The notes beneath the pieces are model-generated. The model ran no database searches. It was not told the origin of the DNA and saw only the letters and a program-made list of their open reading frames with translations. This document shows, piece after piece, positions 25,948 to 36,979 of a stretch of DNA of 64,000 nucleotides; position 1 is the stretch's first letter, and the number at the start of each line of letters is the position of its first letter. The DNA comes from Octopus vulgaris (Eukaryota), in assembly GCA_951406725.2 (NCBI GenBank), contig OX597817.1, positions 145,576,001 through 145,640,000 of the forward strand. Direction: 5' to 3'. The position numbers and the translations under genes were made by a program.

Positions 25948-26277
25948 CACAGGCATGGCTGTGCTTACCAACCACATGGTTCCGGGTTCAGTTCCACTGC
26001 ATGGCATCAAAGCATTGTGAGTGAATTTGATACATGGAAACTGAAAGAAGCCTGTCGTATATGTATGTTTGTGTGTCTGTGTTTGTCCCCCCACATCGCT
26101 TGACAACCGGTGTTGGTGTATTTACATTCCCGTAACTTAGCGGTTCAGCAAAACAGACTGATAGGATAAGTACTAGGCTTACAAAGAATAAGTCCTGGGG
26201 TTGATTTGTTTGACTAAATGCGGTGCTCCAGCATGGTCACAGTCAATGACTGAAACAAATAGAATATATGTATGTGT

Positions 26278-26334
<57 letters not shown>

Positions 26335-26609
26335 TATGTGTGTATGTCTTTGTCGCCCACCACTGCTTGGCAGCTGGTGTTGGTTTGTTTACATCTCCAT
26401 GACCTAGCAGTTCAGCATGAAAGATCAATAGAACAAGCATCAAGCTTTAGAAATATATCAGGGTTGATTTGTTCAACTAAAGTGCTTCAGTTGGTGCCCA
26501 GCATGGCTGCAGTCCAATGACTGAACCAAGTAAAAGAATGTCTTTTACTCTGCTTATTTTTAATAAATATTAAATGTTTCCTGAACCTTTTACTTGTGCT
26601 GTGTATCAC

Positions 26610-27095
26610 CCATAGTACACAGGACATATTCTGAACGCCTTACTTCCCTGGTCATGGACACGTTGAAACTTCGACGTCTGGCAGCTGACTTGGCAGACAC
26701 CCAAAAAATTATTAACCATCTTACTAACAATAACTCTGAGCACCTTTTCAAACTCCACCTGTCTAACACCCGTGGACATGTTTACAAAGTCAGAAAACAG
26801 CACAGCTCCCATGACTTTTGGAAACATTTTTTCATGCTAAGAGTTGCTGAAGTATGGAACAAACTGCTGGCATCAGTTGTTAGTTGTTGGAGCACTGCAT
26901 CCTTCAAAACTTCCATGCTTCCTGATATTCGCCAACACTACACCTGATTTTCTCCCCTCCATACACACGCAAGCATGTATCTGACTTATACCCTGTTCAC
27001 TTCCCAGGCATTTGTACATTAATGCATATGCTTTATACGCACTTTTGACAAGTTGTGGTGCACCCTGAGCACTGTATACAATAATTTCATTATTA
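26610..27095 (+). mobile_element. CR1-type LINE 3' end
   Basis: YSERLTSL.MDTLKLRRLAADL...NTRGHVYKV...FF.LRVAEVWNKL..SVV...TASFK is the CR1 ORF2 C-terminus, followed by 3' UTR and a (TTA) tail. Confidence 0.85.
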
Positions 27096-27284
27096 TATTT
27101 CCCTGGCATCTTTGCATCATATATGATGGACATTTCCAATATTTTATAAACCACTTGGGACTTATGACAGGAAAGTTTTATATTACTTAGGACTAACTAA
27201 GCATGGATACAAAGAGTTAATAAATTATTATTTAATTAAAAATAATATTGTTTATTTAAGAACTATTTTTTAATCAATTTTCAG

Positions 27285-27398
27285 GATTATTGCTATAGAT
27301 ACCGTTGTGCAGCTCGAAGTGAGAACACTCCTGATTCATCTGCCTCCAATTTGGGTTTCCGCTGTGCCACATCTAAACCCCTTGCGACGCCAGGATAA
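27285..27398 (+). CDS. SUMF1: SUMF1 terminal coding exon
   Basis: ttttcag acceptor; [37 protein letters not shown], with the second catalytic cysteine (YCYRYRC) and NLGFRC; TAA at 27396-27398. Confidence 0.96.
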   Translation, partial: DYCYRYRCAARSENTPDSSASNLGFRCATSKPLATPG

Positions 27399-27445
27399 AA
27401 TTATTTCCTGTTATTATTTTACTTATTTTTTAATTATTTTTCCTA

Positions 27446-27451
27446 AATAAA
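27446..27451 (+). terminator. Candidate SUMF1 polyadenylation signal
   Basis: AATAAA about 48 nt after the stop; further AATAAA near 27474 and 27513, followed by a GT/T-rich tract. AT-rich context, so chance occurrence is possible. Confidence 0.45.
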
Positions 27452-27928
27452 TAAATTTCTCTATATTATCTAAAATAAAATACAACTTAATATTTTTCAT
27501 TTATTTGTTGTAAATAAATATGTTTGTCTTTCCCATGATTCTCGGTTTTAGTATGTACGGTAATGCGGTGTGGAAAGAAGTTTTGCTTGTAGAAGCAAAA
27601 ACATAATTTGAGAACGAAAAGAAGCAATGTTTTTTTCTTTTAATGATGGTCCAGCACATATGGGAAAGGGATAATATATGATGATGACAATGATGACGGT
27701 AGTGGTGGTGGTGTTGGTGGGTTTGATGATTTTGCCCAAATTGAATGATTATTTAAAGAGAAGCAAATACATACATGCATAGTTGTGTGGTTGAGAAGTT
27801 TGCTTCTCACCCACATGGTTTTAGGTTCAGTCCCACTGCATAGCTTCTTGGACAAGAATTTTCTACTGTAGCAGCCTTGTGAATGGATTTGGTAGACAGA
27901 AACTGAAAGATGCCTGCTGCATATGTGA

Positions 27929-27959
<31 letters not shown>

Positions 27960-28066
27960 GGCGCAGGAGAGGCTGTGTGGTAAGTAGCTTGCTTACCAAC
28001 CACATTGTTCCGGGTTCAGTCCCACTGAGTGGCACCTTGGGCAAGTGTAACAATAAACTTTTGGTG

Positions 28067-28749
28067 GTAGTGGCGCAATGGCCCAGTGGTTAGAGCAGCG
28101 GATTCGCGGTCGTAGGATCGCGGTTTTGATTCCCAGACCAGGTGTTGTGAGTGTTTATTGAGCGAAAACACCTAAAGCTCCACAAGGCTCCGGCAGGGTG
28201 GTGGTGGCGATCCCTGCTGTACTCTTTCGCCACAACTTTCTTTCACTCTTTCTACTGTTGGCCTGCTCGCTTAGCCAGCGGGGTGGCGTCATTTGAAGGC
28301 TAAAACAATGCAAAGCGCATTGTGACCAGTGATGTGTAACAACATTTGATAGCCTGGTCGGTCACGGTGATATATATATATATCCCGTCCAACCCATGCT
28401 AGCATGGAAAGCGGACGTTAAACGATGATGATGATATATATATATTAGAAAATGTGAAGTTGGAGGCACAATAGCCCAGTGGTTAGGGCAGCAGACTCAC
28501 GATTGTAGGAACGTGGTTTCGATTCCCAGACCGGATGTTGTGTTTATTGAGTAAAAACACCTAAAGCTCCACGAGGCTCTGGCAGGGGGTGGTGGCGATT
28601 CCTGGTGTACTCTTTTGCCACAACTTCCTCTCTTTCTTCCTGTTTCTGTTGGCCTGCTTGCTTAGCAGGCTAAAACAATATGAAGCGCATTGTGACCAGC
28701 GATGTGTAGCAACATCTGATAGCCTGGTTGGTCACGGTGATCACAGTGA
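28067..28749 (+). mobile_element. Two tandem copies of tRNA-derived SINE family D (28067-28370 and 28462-28749)
   Basis: A box TGGCCCAGTGGTTAG, B box GGTTTCGATTCCC, shared body ending GGTCACGGTGAT. Confidence 0.8.
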
Positions 28750-28778
28750 TATATATATATATATGTATATATATATAC

Positions 28779-29067
28779 ATACAGAAATGACTTATTCTCA
28801 AATACATGATAATGCTAATACAGTAACATGAACAGGATAAACTATCCATGTATTGCAGAAAAAATCATTACCGGCCAGCCATGAGGATGTGAGTTCAAGT
28901 CTCATGGCCGGCGAGTAATGATTTTTCCAGCAATATATGGATAGTTTTATCCTGTTCATGCTATTGTATTCGCATTATCATGCATTTGAGAATAAATTAT
29001 TTCTGTATCATTCAATACATCTCAATGCTTCTAAAGCAAACTTTGTTTACTTTCATCATCAGTTGAA
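28779..29067. repeat. 230-bp palindrome with tRNA T-arm-like apex plus an adjacent hammerhead-like remnant
   Basis: Arms 28779-28885 and 28901-29008 are about 88% complementary; on the minus strand 29021-29067 reads CTGATGA-T-GAAAGTAAAC-AAA-GTTTGCTTTA-GAAGC. Confidence 0.8.
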
Positions 29068-30983
29068 TTTATATTTATATATATATATATATATATATAT
29101 AAATTGAGTAAAAAGAGGCAATCATAATTTTGGATAATCCTTTATTAGTGCTTTCATTCGTTTACGAACTCAAGACAAAATCAGAATGAAAGCAGTAAAA
29201 ACAGAACGTTTTATTGTTCGTTTATATCATAAGTTCTCAAAGTGTAGTGGGGGGGGGGCTAGAGAAAAAGAAGGCGTTGGTAAGAAGGCGTTGGTAAGAA
29301 GGCAGTGAATTGGGGGACGCTACGAATTTATAATATTATTATAGTATTACTCTTTTACTTGTTTCAGTCATTTGACTGTGGCCAGGCTGGAGCACTGCCT
29401 TTAGTCGAGCAAATTGAACACAGGACTTATTGTTTGTAAGCCTAGTACTTTTTCTATCAGTCTGATTTGCCCAACCACTAAGTTACGGGGATGTAAACAC
29501 GCCAGCATCGGTTGTCAAGCAAAGTGGTGGAGGTGGATATCTTTCCCTTTTACAAATGTTCAAGAGATGACCCAAAATTCCAAAAAGCAATGGAGCTACA
29601 CTTCATCAAAGAATTCTCTTCAAAATTACATGTTTGAAAGAGCAGAGGAACTACATTTTTATTATCATCTTTTTAATAGTAATGATGATGGATGAAGAGA
29701 AAACATTTAAATTACACTATTAGTGTTGTTTCTGAATGTGGCTCCAATGTTAATAACGAGATACTCATCTCTATAAATGATCAGATATATACAGGGTTGG
29801 CCAAAAGTCACCCAACACTAAATCAAAATTCCATAAATACTTAATCAGTTTTATTTATTTATTCCAATTATGAATGTTTAATAATTGAATGCTGTGAGTT
29901 AAAGTCACCGTTTTTTTTTGGGGGGGGTATTTTTTTGGTTTTTGTTTTTTTTAATGCTCTGAGTTAAAATCATCACTCTAGCTGAATTGCAAGCTGCCAT
30001 GGCAACTGAATTCAAACTAATTAATGCAAATTAAGTTACTTCGTTGTACTATTTGTCCATCAGAAGGTTACTTATTTCCAGCTCAGTGGACTGGAGCAAT
30101 GTGAAATGAAGTGTTTTGCTCAAGAACACAACACACTGCTTGGTCTGAGAATTAAACCCACTATCTTGTGATCCTGAGTGCAACACCATAACCCACTAGG
30201 CCACAAGCCTTCACACAGACATACACACACATATAAATTAGTAGTATAAGATGTGGATTCAAAGAATTGCAACTATTACAGAGAGCTCCTCTTATGGACT
30301 CGACTATCGGTCTACATAGTAATCAATTATAAAAAAAAGTAATGCAGAGTGTCTATTTAACTAAAAATGCAGAAAATCCATAAAATCAATTTGATGAAAT
30401 TATTTCATGAGGAGTATATAAAACCATGTATATGGTTATGTGTGTGTGTGTGTGCCTGTGTACATACATGCATTCGTGTGTATGATATCAGCTTACACTT
30501 TTCTGCTTTTATATTCTTTAACCATCAACCATAAACACAAATTATTTTGTTCTGTGTTTATGTGAATTATAGGATCCAGTTTAGCCCTGTTGACATCAAT
30601 TCACATGAAACAGTAATTTAACTCTTTTTAATAGCAACCCATCTGGGGGGGATCACCCTTGTTTCTGTGATACTCATTCTTGTTTCAAAGTGATCTAAAT
30701 TTAATCCTTCTATTAAGATTTCACATTAATTTATGTTCCAAACACTAGAATAATAATCCTTTCTGCTACAGGCACAAGGCCAGAAATTTTGGGGGAAGGG
30801 ACCAGTTGATAACATTAACCCCAGAATTCAACTGGTACTTATTTCATTGATCCCAAAAGGATGAAAGGCAAAGTCAGTATTTCGCCCATCTTTACATTCT
30901 GAGTTGACTTTATCAGTCACTTTTCACTGAACTACTAGGTTACAGGGATGTAAATAGAAACACAAAGATGCACAGACACACAC

Positions 30984-31573
30984 TTGCTCTTTTTGCGAAA
31001 CACCAATGATCCTTTTCTTGACTGAATAGTCACATGTGATGAAAAGTGGATCCTTTGTGATAACCGTAAACGACCAGGTCAAAGGCTTGACCGTGATGAG
31101 TCCCCCAAACCTTTCCCAAAGCCAAAGTTGCATCAGTAAAAGATTGTGGTGACTGTCTGGTGGTCTGCAATTGGTGTTGCCCATTACAGCTTTCCGGAAG
31201 CCAATCAGAGCATTACAGCAGAGGTTTACTGCAATCAACTCACTAAAATGCATGCTCACTTGCAAAAAATGAGACCTGCATTGGTGAATTGGCATGGCTC
31301 AATCCACAATAATACAAAGTCACATGTTGCAAGAATGACGCTGCAGAAACTCATAGACTTGGAATATGCTTGATCTTTCACTCACTGGCTACCATTTTTA
31401 AGCATTTAAACACGTTTTTAAGTGATAAAACTTTCAGGTCCAAACCAGAAGTGGAATCAGCTTTCAAAGATTTCTTAGTTTCAAATCCATTAAGCTTTTA
31501 TCAATGAGGCATAAATAATCTCATTGATCGATGGCTGTAATGCATAGATGTTCACAGCTCATACTTTGACTAA
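30984..31573 (+). mobile_element. Mariner transposase 3' fragment, decayed
   Basis: PFLD.IVTCDEKWI...PKPKLHQ.KIVVTVWWS...HNNTKSHVARMTLQKL...DLSLTGYHFFKHL...SYFD*. Confidence 0.88.
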
Positions 31574-31664
31574 TCTAAACATTTCTATTGTTAATTTTTC
31601 CAGAATAAAATTATGTTTCTGAAATTGGCCAGGTTCATTCACAAGGCATTGGTTGATCTAGGGC

Positions 31665-31970
31665 TTGGTTATGGTGATGAGTATTCCAGTTGATCCAATC
31701 AATGGAACAGCCTCCTCGTGAAATTAACATGCAAGTGGCTGAGTATTCCACAGACACGTGTACCCTTAATGTAGTTGTTAGGGAGATTCAGCATGACATA
31801 GAATGTGACAAGGCAGGTTCTTTGAATTACAAGTACAGCTCGTTTTTGTCAGCTGGATGGACTGCAGTAATGTGGAATAAAATGTCTTGCTCAAAGACAC
31901 AGCATGCCTCCAGGTGTTGAACTCACAACCTTATGGTTATGAGCCGAAGGTCCTTACCACATGCCCTCAC
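31665..31970 (-). mobile_element. tRNA-derived SINE family E; fragments also at 30060-30215 and 59800-59890
   Basis: Minus-strand tRNA-like head with GAGTTCAACACC followed by GTGTCTTTGAGCAAGACATTTTATTCC central domain. Confidence 0.7.
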
Positions 31971-32020
31971 ACTGTAGAATATAACACTTGCTTAAGTTGC
32001 ATGCAGTAGGACTTGGGCAA

Positions 32021-32172
32021 GAGAGAAGGAGGAGGAGAGGAAGAAGAAGAAAAAGGAGAAGAAGAAGAAGAAAAAGAAAGAGAAGAAGAAGAAAAAGAAG
32101 GAGGAGGAGAAGAAAAAGAAGGAGGTGGAGGAGAAGAAGAAGAGGAAGAAAAAGAAGAAGGAGGAGGAGGAG
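32021..32172. repeat. Purine-only (GAA/GGA)n tract
   Basis: About 150 bp of almost only G and A. Confidence 0.9.
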
Positions 32173-32710
32173 AATCAACTGCAGTACTGGACTGTTTTAT
32201 TTCTCTACCAAGGAAGGATGAAAGGCGAAGTTGACCTTTGCAGGATTTGAACTCAGGACCCAGATTTAATGGAGCAAATACCCTCACCCAAACATCCTTA
32301 CTGCCTGCTTCTACCAATTCACTCCCTATTCTATGTAAATGCCTGTCCTTGAACACATCAGTTCCTGTCAAACTATCTGACCCATGCCTGCATGGAACAT
32401 GGATGTGAAATGATGGTGATAACAGTAAAATGATTTAGTCTTTATCATACAGATTTTCTCTTTTTTTTTTTGTTTTAAACCCTGAATAAATTTAGGGAAA
32501 TACAAGACAAAATACTATGGAAACTAATTTGCAAATGTCATTCACTACAGTTTTAAAATCCAGTTCCTGGTGTGTTGTATTCTTAACGAATGTTCATGAA
32601 TATTTAACAAAAAAAAACAGAAAAAAATGTATCTAATTTATTGGTTAAACAGAACTAATAGTATTAGATGTATTGTGTATTGCAAAATATATGAAATAAA
32701 TATTTATGTA

Positions 32711-32868
32711 GGCGTAGGAGTGGCTGTGTGGTAAGGAGCTTGCTTACGAACCACATGGTTCAGTCCCACGGCATGGCACCTTGGGCAAGTGTCTTTTACT
32801 ATAGCTTCAGGCCGACCAAAGCCTTGTGAGTGGATTTGGTAGATGGAAACTGAAAGAAGCCCATCATA

Positions 32869-32919
<51 letters not shown>

Positions 32920-33114
32920 CTGTGTGTTTGTCCCCCCAACATCGCTTGACAACCGATGCTGGTGAGTTTACATCCCCGTAACTTAGCAGTTCAGCAAAGG
33001 AGACCGATAGAATAAGTATAAGGCTTACAAAGAATAAGTCCTGGGATCGATTTGCTCAACTAAAGGCAGTGCTCCAGCATGGTCGCAGTCAAATGACTGA
33101 AACGAGTAAAAGAG
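32711..33114 (+). mobile_element. tRNA-derived SINE family A with internal (TA/TG)n microsatellite; representative near-complete copy
   Basis: GGCG(T/C)AGGAGTGGCTGTGTGGTAAG...GTTCAGTCCCAC...CACCTTGGGCAAGTGTC...(TA)n(TG)n...ATGACTGAAAC(A/G)AGTAAAAGAG; other copies at 5686-8480 (nested), 20966-21353(-), 22150-22515, 25945-26240, 37617-37998(-), 39050-39470(-), 39655-40331(-). Confidence 0.88.
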
Positions 33115-34442
33115 ATATATATATCTTGTTGTATTTCGGATGTATATCTATGTGTGTGGTATTGTGTTTATGTTTATCCACCCCCACCCCCAGCTGGTAT
33201 TGGAGTATTTACATTCCTATAATGTGGCGTTTTGGCAAAAGAGACTAATAGAATAAGCCTCAGTTTTAAAAAAAAATAATAAGTACTGGGGTCGATTTAG
33301 TTACTCTTTTACTTGTTTCAGTCATTTGACTGTGGCCATACTGGAGCACCGCCTTTAAGTCGAGCAAATCGACCCCAGGACTTATTCTTTGTAAGCTTAG
33401 TACTTATTCTATTGGTCTCTTTTTTCCGAATTGCTAAGTTACAGGGACGTAAACACACCAGCATCAGTTGTCAAGCAATGTTGGGCAGACAAACACACAC
33501 ACACACACATATACGATGAACTTCTTAGTTGACTAAAAAAATTGATTAAGGTGGTGCCCCAGCATAGCTGCAGTCTAATGACTGAAACAAATAAAAAAAA
33601 AATAAAAGATAAATCTAGATTATGTGGAAATAATGAGTCATCAATAAAGTTGTATCTAAAAAGGCTTTTATTTATAACTAAGTTGTTGATCTGGATTCAT
33701 CATCATCATCATCGTTTAACATCTGCTTTCCATGCTAGCATGGGTTGGACAAATGACTGGCGAACCAGATGGCTGCACCAGGCTCCAATCTTGATCTGGC
33801 AGAGTTTCTACAGCTAGATGCCCTTCCTAATGCCAACCACTCCAAAAGTGTAGTGGGTGCTTTTACGTGCCACTGGCACGGGGCCAGTCAAGCAGTACTA
33901 GCAATGACCTCGCTCGAATCTTTTACAAATGCCACCGGCACAGGTGCCAGTAAGGTGATGAAAAAATAAAAGATAAATCTAGATTATGTAGAAATAATGA
34001 TTTCATCAATAAAGTTGTATGTAAAAAGGCTTTTATTTATTTATAACTAAGTTGTTGATCTGGGTTGTATATTGATTAAAAGGTTGGCATTTCAAATGAG
34101 AAGTACCTCTCCTATTTTACAGTGCAATAAACAATTGTAAGAATAGGTTAGCAATCTTAAAAGCAACTACTTCAACTATATTTTTCTCTTTTACTATGTA
34201 ATATGCAAATGCAAACAAGTAATATGTCATCAAGGAAGGTAAATAAATTGTTTATTCTAAGCGTGTAAATGACAAAAGCTAACCATTGACATATTTAATA
34301 CAGTTCTATATTTAAGAGATGAGAAATTATGTACATTATTTACATTTGATGGATATTTGTCCTCATCTTGTTTGTTGTTAACACGTTTTGGCTGATATAC
34401 CCTCCAGCCTTCTTCAGGTGTCTTGGGGAAATTTCGAACCTG

Positions 34443-35015
34443 GAATTTGCATCACCAGTCTGGAACCCCTATCTTGCAGAGGATATTAATCGACTGGAAA
34501 CTGTTCAGTGACGTGCAACCAAGAGAATACCCTCCATCAGGCATTTGCCATATTCTGAACGCCTTACTTCCCTGGGCATGGATACATTGAAACTCTGACG
34601 TCTGGCAGATGACTTGGCAGACACCCATAAAATTATTAACCATCTTACTAACAATAACTCTGAGCACCTTTTTAAACTCCACCTGTCTAACACCCGTGGA
34701 CATGTTTACAAAGTCAGAAAACAGCACAGCTCCCATGACTTTTGGAAACATTTTTTCATGCTAAGAGTTGCTGAAGCATGGAACAAACAGCCAGCATCAG
34801 TTGTTAATTGTTGGAGCACTGCATCCTTCAAAACTTCCATACTTCCTGAGATTTACCAATACTACACCTGATTTTCTCCCCTCTATACACATGCAAGCAT
34901 GTATCTGACTCATACATGTTCACCTTCCAGACATTTGTAAATTACTGTATATGCTTTATACGCTCTTTTGACAAGTTGTGGTGCACCTGGACACTGTATA
35001 CAATAATTTCATTAT
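34443..35015 (+). mobile_element. CR1-type LINE 3' end, same family as 26610-27095
   Basis: EFASPVWNPYLAEDINRLETVQ*RATKRIPSIRHLPYSERL...NTRGHVYKV...AWNK; DNA near-identical to the 26.6 kb copy. Confidence 0.87.
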
Positions 35016-35071
35016 ATTTTTTATATTTCATTCCTAAAGTATTTTTCAATGTTATTGTTATTATTATTATT

Positions 35072-35453
35072 GCCTTTGCACAGCTTCTAACGCTGGAGAT
35101 GTATTATGGTGTCAGCTATTCACTAGCAGTCAGCTAGTACTACAGTGTCAGCTGTTCACTATGGTAACACCTCTTATTTTTCGAGCACCTTCCGGAGTAT
35201 TCAAGCGGTTCCAAGCAGTGCTGTTTTCTGCAAGTGCTCCACCCTTATTGTGGCCCCTATTTGTTCCATATACTTCTTGAGATTTTTGCTCACTGTTCCC
35301 TGGGCTCCGACAATTACTGGTACCACCACTACCTTTTTCATCAACCACAACTGCTTAACTTCCCAAGCTAACCTGTAATATCTCTCAACTTTTCTTTCTT
35401 CCTTATCACATACCTTGTTGTCAGCTGGGCATGATCCAGCATAGTTTGTTTCC

Positions 35454-35454
<1 letters not shown>
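35072..35454 (-). mobile_element. R4/Dong-like retrotransposon 3' end inserted in a (TTA)n tract
   Basis: Minus strand: SCPADNKVCDKE..KVERYYRLAWEVKQLW.MKKVVVVPVIVGALGTVSKNLKKYMEQIG...LQKTALLGTA*ILRKVLEK*, an RLE endonuclease C-terminus. Confidence 0.85.
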
Positions 35455-35512
<58 letters not shown>

Positions 35513-35602
35513 TCACTGCTTGGAATCAAACTGGGAATCTTGGGGTTAAGAACGCGGGCTACTAACACCAAGATTCCAAGTTTGGTTCCAGGCAGTGACA
35601 TA

Positions 35603-35658
<56 letters not shown>

Positions 35659-36412
35659 CATCAAAATATACCTTAGGAATGAGAACCCAGGTTTGAAATT
35701 TCCCCAAGACACCTGATAAAAGCTGGAGGGTATATCAGCCGAAATGTTGTGTTAACAACAAACAAATATCCGTCAAATGTAAATAATATAAATAATGTAC
35801 ATTGACATATATAATCAAAAGTGTGAAATCACCAACCTCAAAGAATAGCTCAATGTAGCAATTGGTAAAGAGAAGTAATGACTAGAGCTTAAAAGGAATA
35901 AACGATGATGATGACTGCAAGCTCCTAAATATAGTAGGAAGGAAACCCAGTGTCAGGTAGATTCACAGGGTAAGTTCTTGTTGTGACCAAGTGATATACA
36001 CCACAGTTCAGAGAAGTAAGATCACCCAAAAGTCCTGAGTTCAAATCCCACTAAAGGTAGCATTTAAAAATTGTAGGAGGACACCCAGGAGTCATGATGT
36101 GGATGGGCTCAGCTCCTCCAGAGTGTCAGGAACTAACAGGCTGAAACACTTACTTTAATGGGAATTCTTCATATGAAGATTTCTCTTGCTGTCCACTTGA
36201 CTTATGGTGATTTTGGTAGACACTGCATCATGGAAGGAATGCCCTGATATTTGAAATGTAATTCTATGAAAAAATGTTTTGAGTGATAGAGGCAAGCAGA
36301 TATAAGCAGGTGAGGGTTAAAACTGAATGAAAATTGAGTGTTGCAAAGAATAGAATCTAAAATAAGGAATCTTTTGATCAAAGAAGAAAAGAAACAGAAC
36401 AGCATAATAATA

Positions 36413-36979
36413 TTGGGTTGTCTGGAAAGTTCGTGCCGATTTTTAAAGGAAAGAAAAAGGTCAATAAATACTTGCCATTATATTTTTAATCAACCAAATA
36501 TGAATAATTTTGTTGCACAATGCATCTCCATCTTTCCTTTAACTTGAAAATACCCTCTTCCCAGAATTGAGGTGGTTTCATGGAAAAGAATTCATCAAGG
36601 TATCTTTTTATGTCATCCAAGGAATTGAAATTTGTACCTTTAAGACTATTCAGTAGAGACCTGAATAAGTGGAAATCCGAAGGAGCAATATGTGGTGAAT
36701 ATGGAAGGTGGGGGTAACACATCCCAGCCGAGCTGCAGCAATTTTTGTCTGGTTTCCAAAACATCAAGTGCTGAAAATGAACTTTCTTATCTTCTATTTT
36801 CAAGGGTTAAAGAATTAACACAGGTTATAAGAACATAAACCTTCTTCCACGAAAAGATAGCTTAAACTGTGCTCTAAATGGAGGTGTAGTCAAATCCTAT
36901 TTCATGAACTCAGCCATGTTCTAAAATAAGTTGAAAGGTAAGCTACTATTAATTGGCACAAACTTTCCAGACAACCCAA
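36413..36979 (-). mobile_element. Internally deleted mariner element
   Basis: TIRs TTGGGTTGTCTGGAAAGTT / AACTTTCCAGACAACCCAA with TA TSD; the N-terminus MKIEDKKVHFQHLM is fused to PYSPHIAPSDFHLFRSL. Confidence 0.92.

Larger units (their letters stand above)
34300..35799. mobile_element. Palindromic hammerhead-bearing (Penelope/retrozyme-like) element with nested CR1 and R4 fragments
   Basis: 16-bp TSD CATTGACATAT(T/A)TAAT at 34284-34299 and 35800-35815; hammerhead-like motifs at 34380-34424(-) and 35706-35753(+); central hairpin at 35512-35599. Confidence 0.75.

Noticed and set aside
28067-28145. Possible tRNA genes here and at other SINE heads
   Set aside because: A and B boxes are present, but there is no complete cloverleaf and each continues into a repeated SINE body.
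31954-32371. Poly-R/E/L/S ORFs resembling ARGLU1-like low complexity
   Set aside because: Pure GAA/GGA tract with no splice context or specific similarity.
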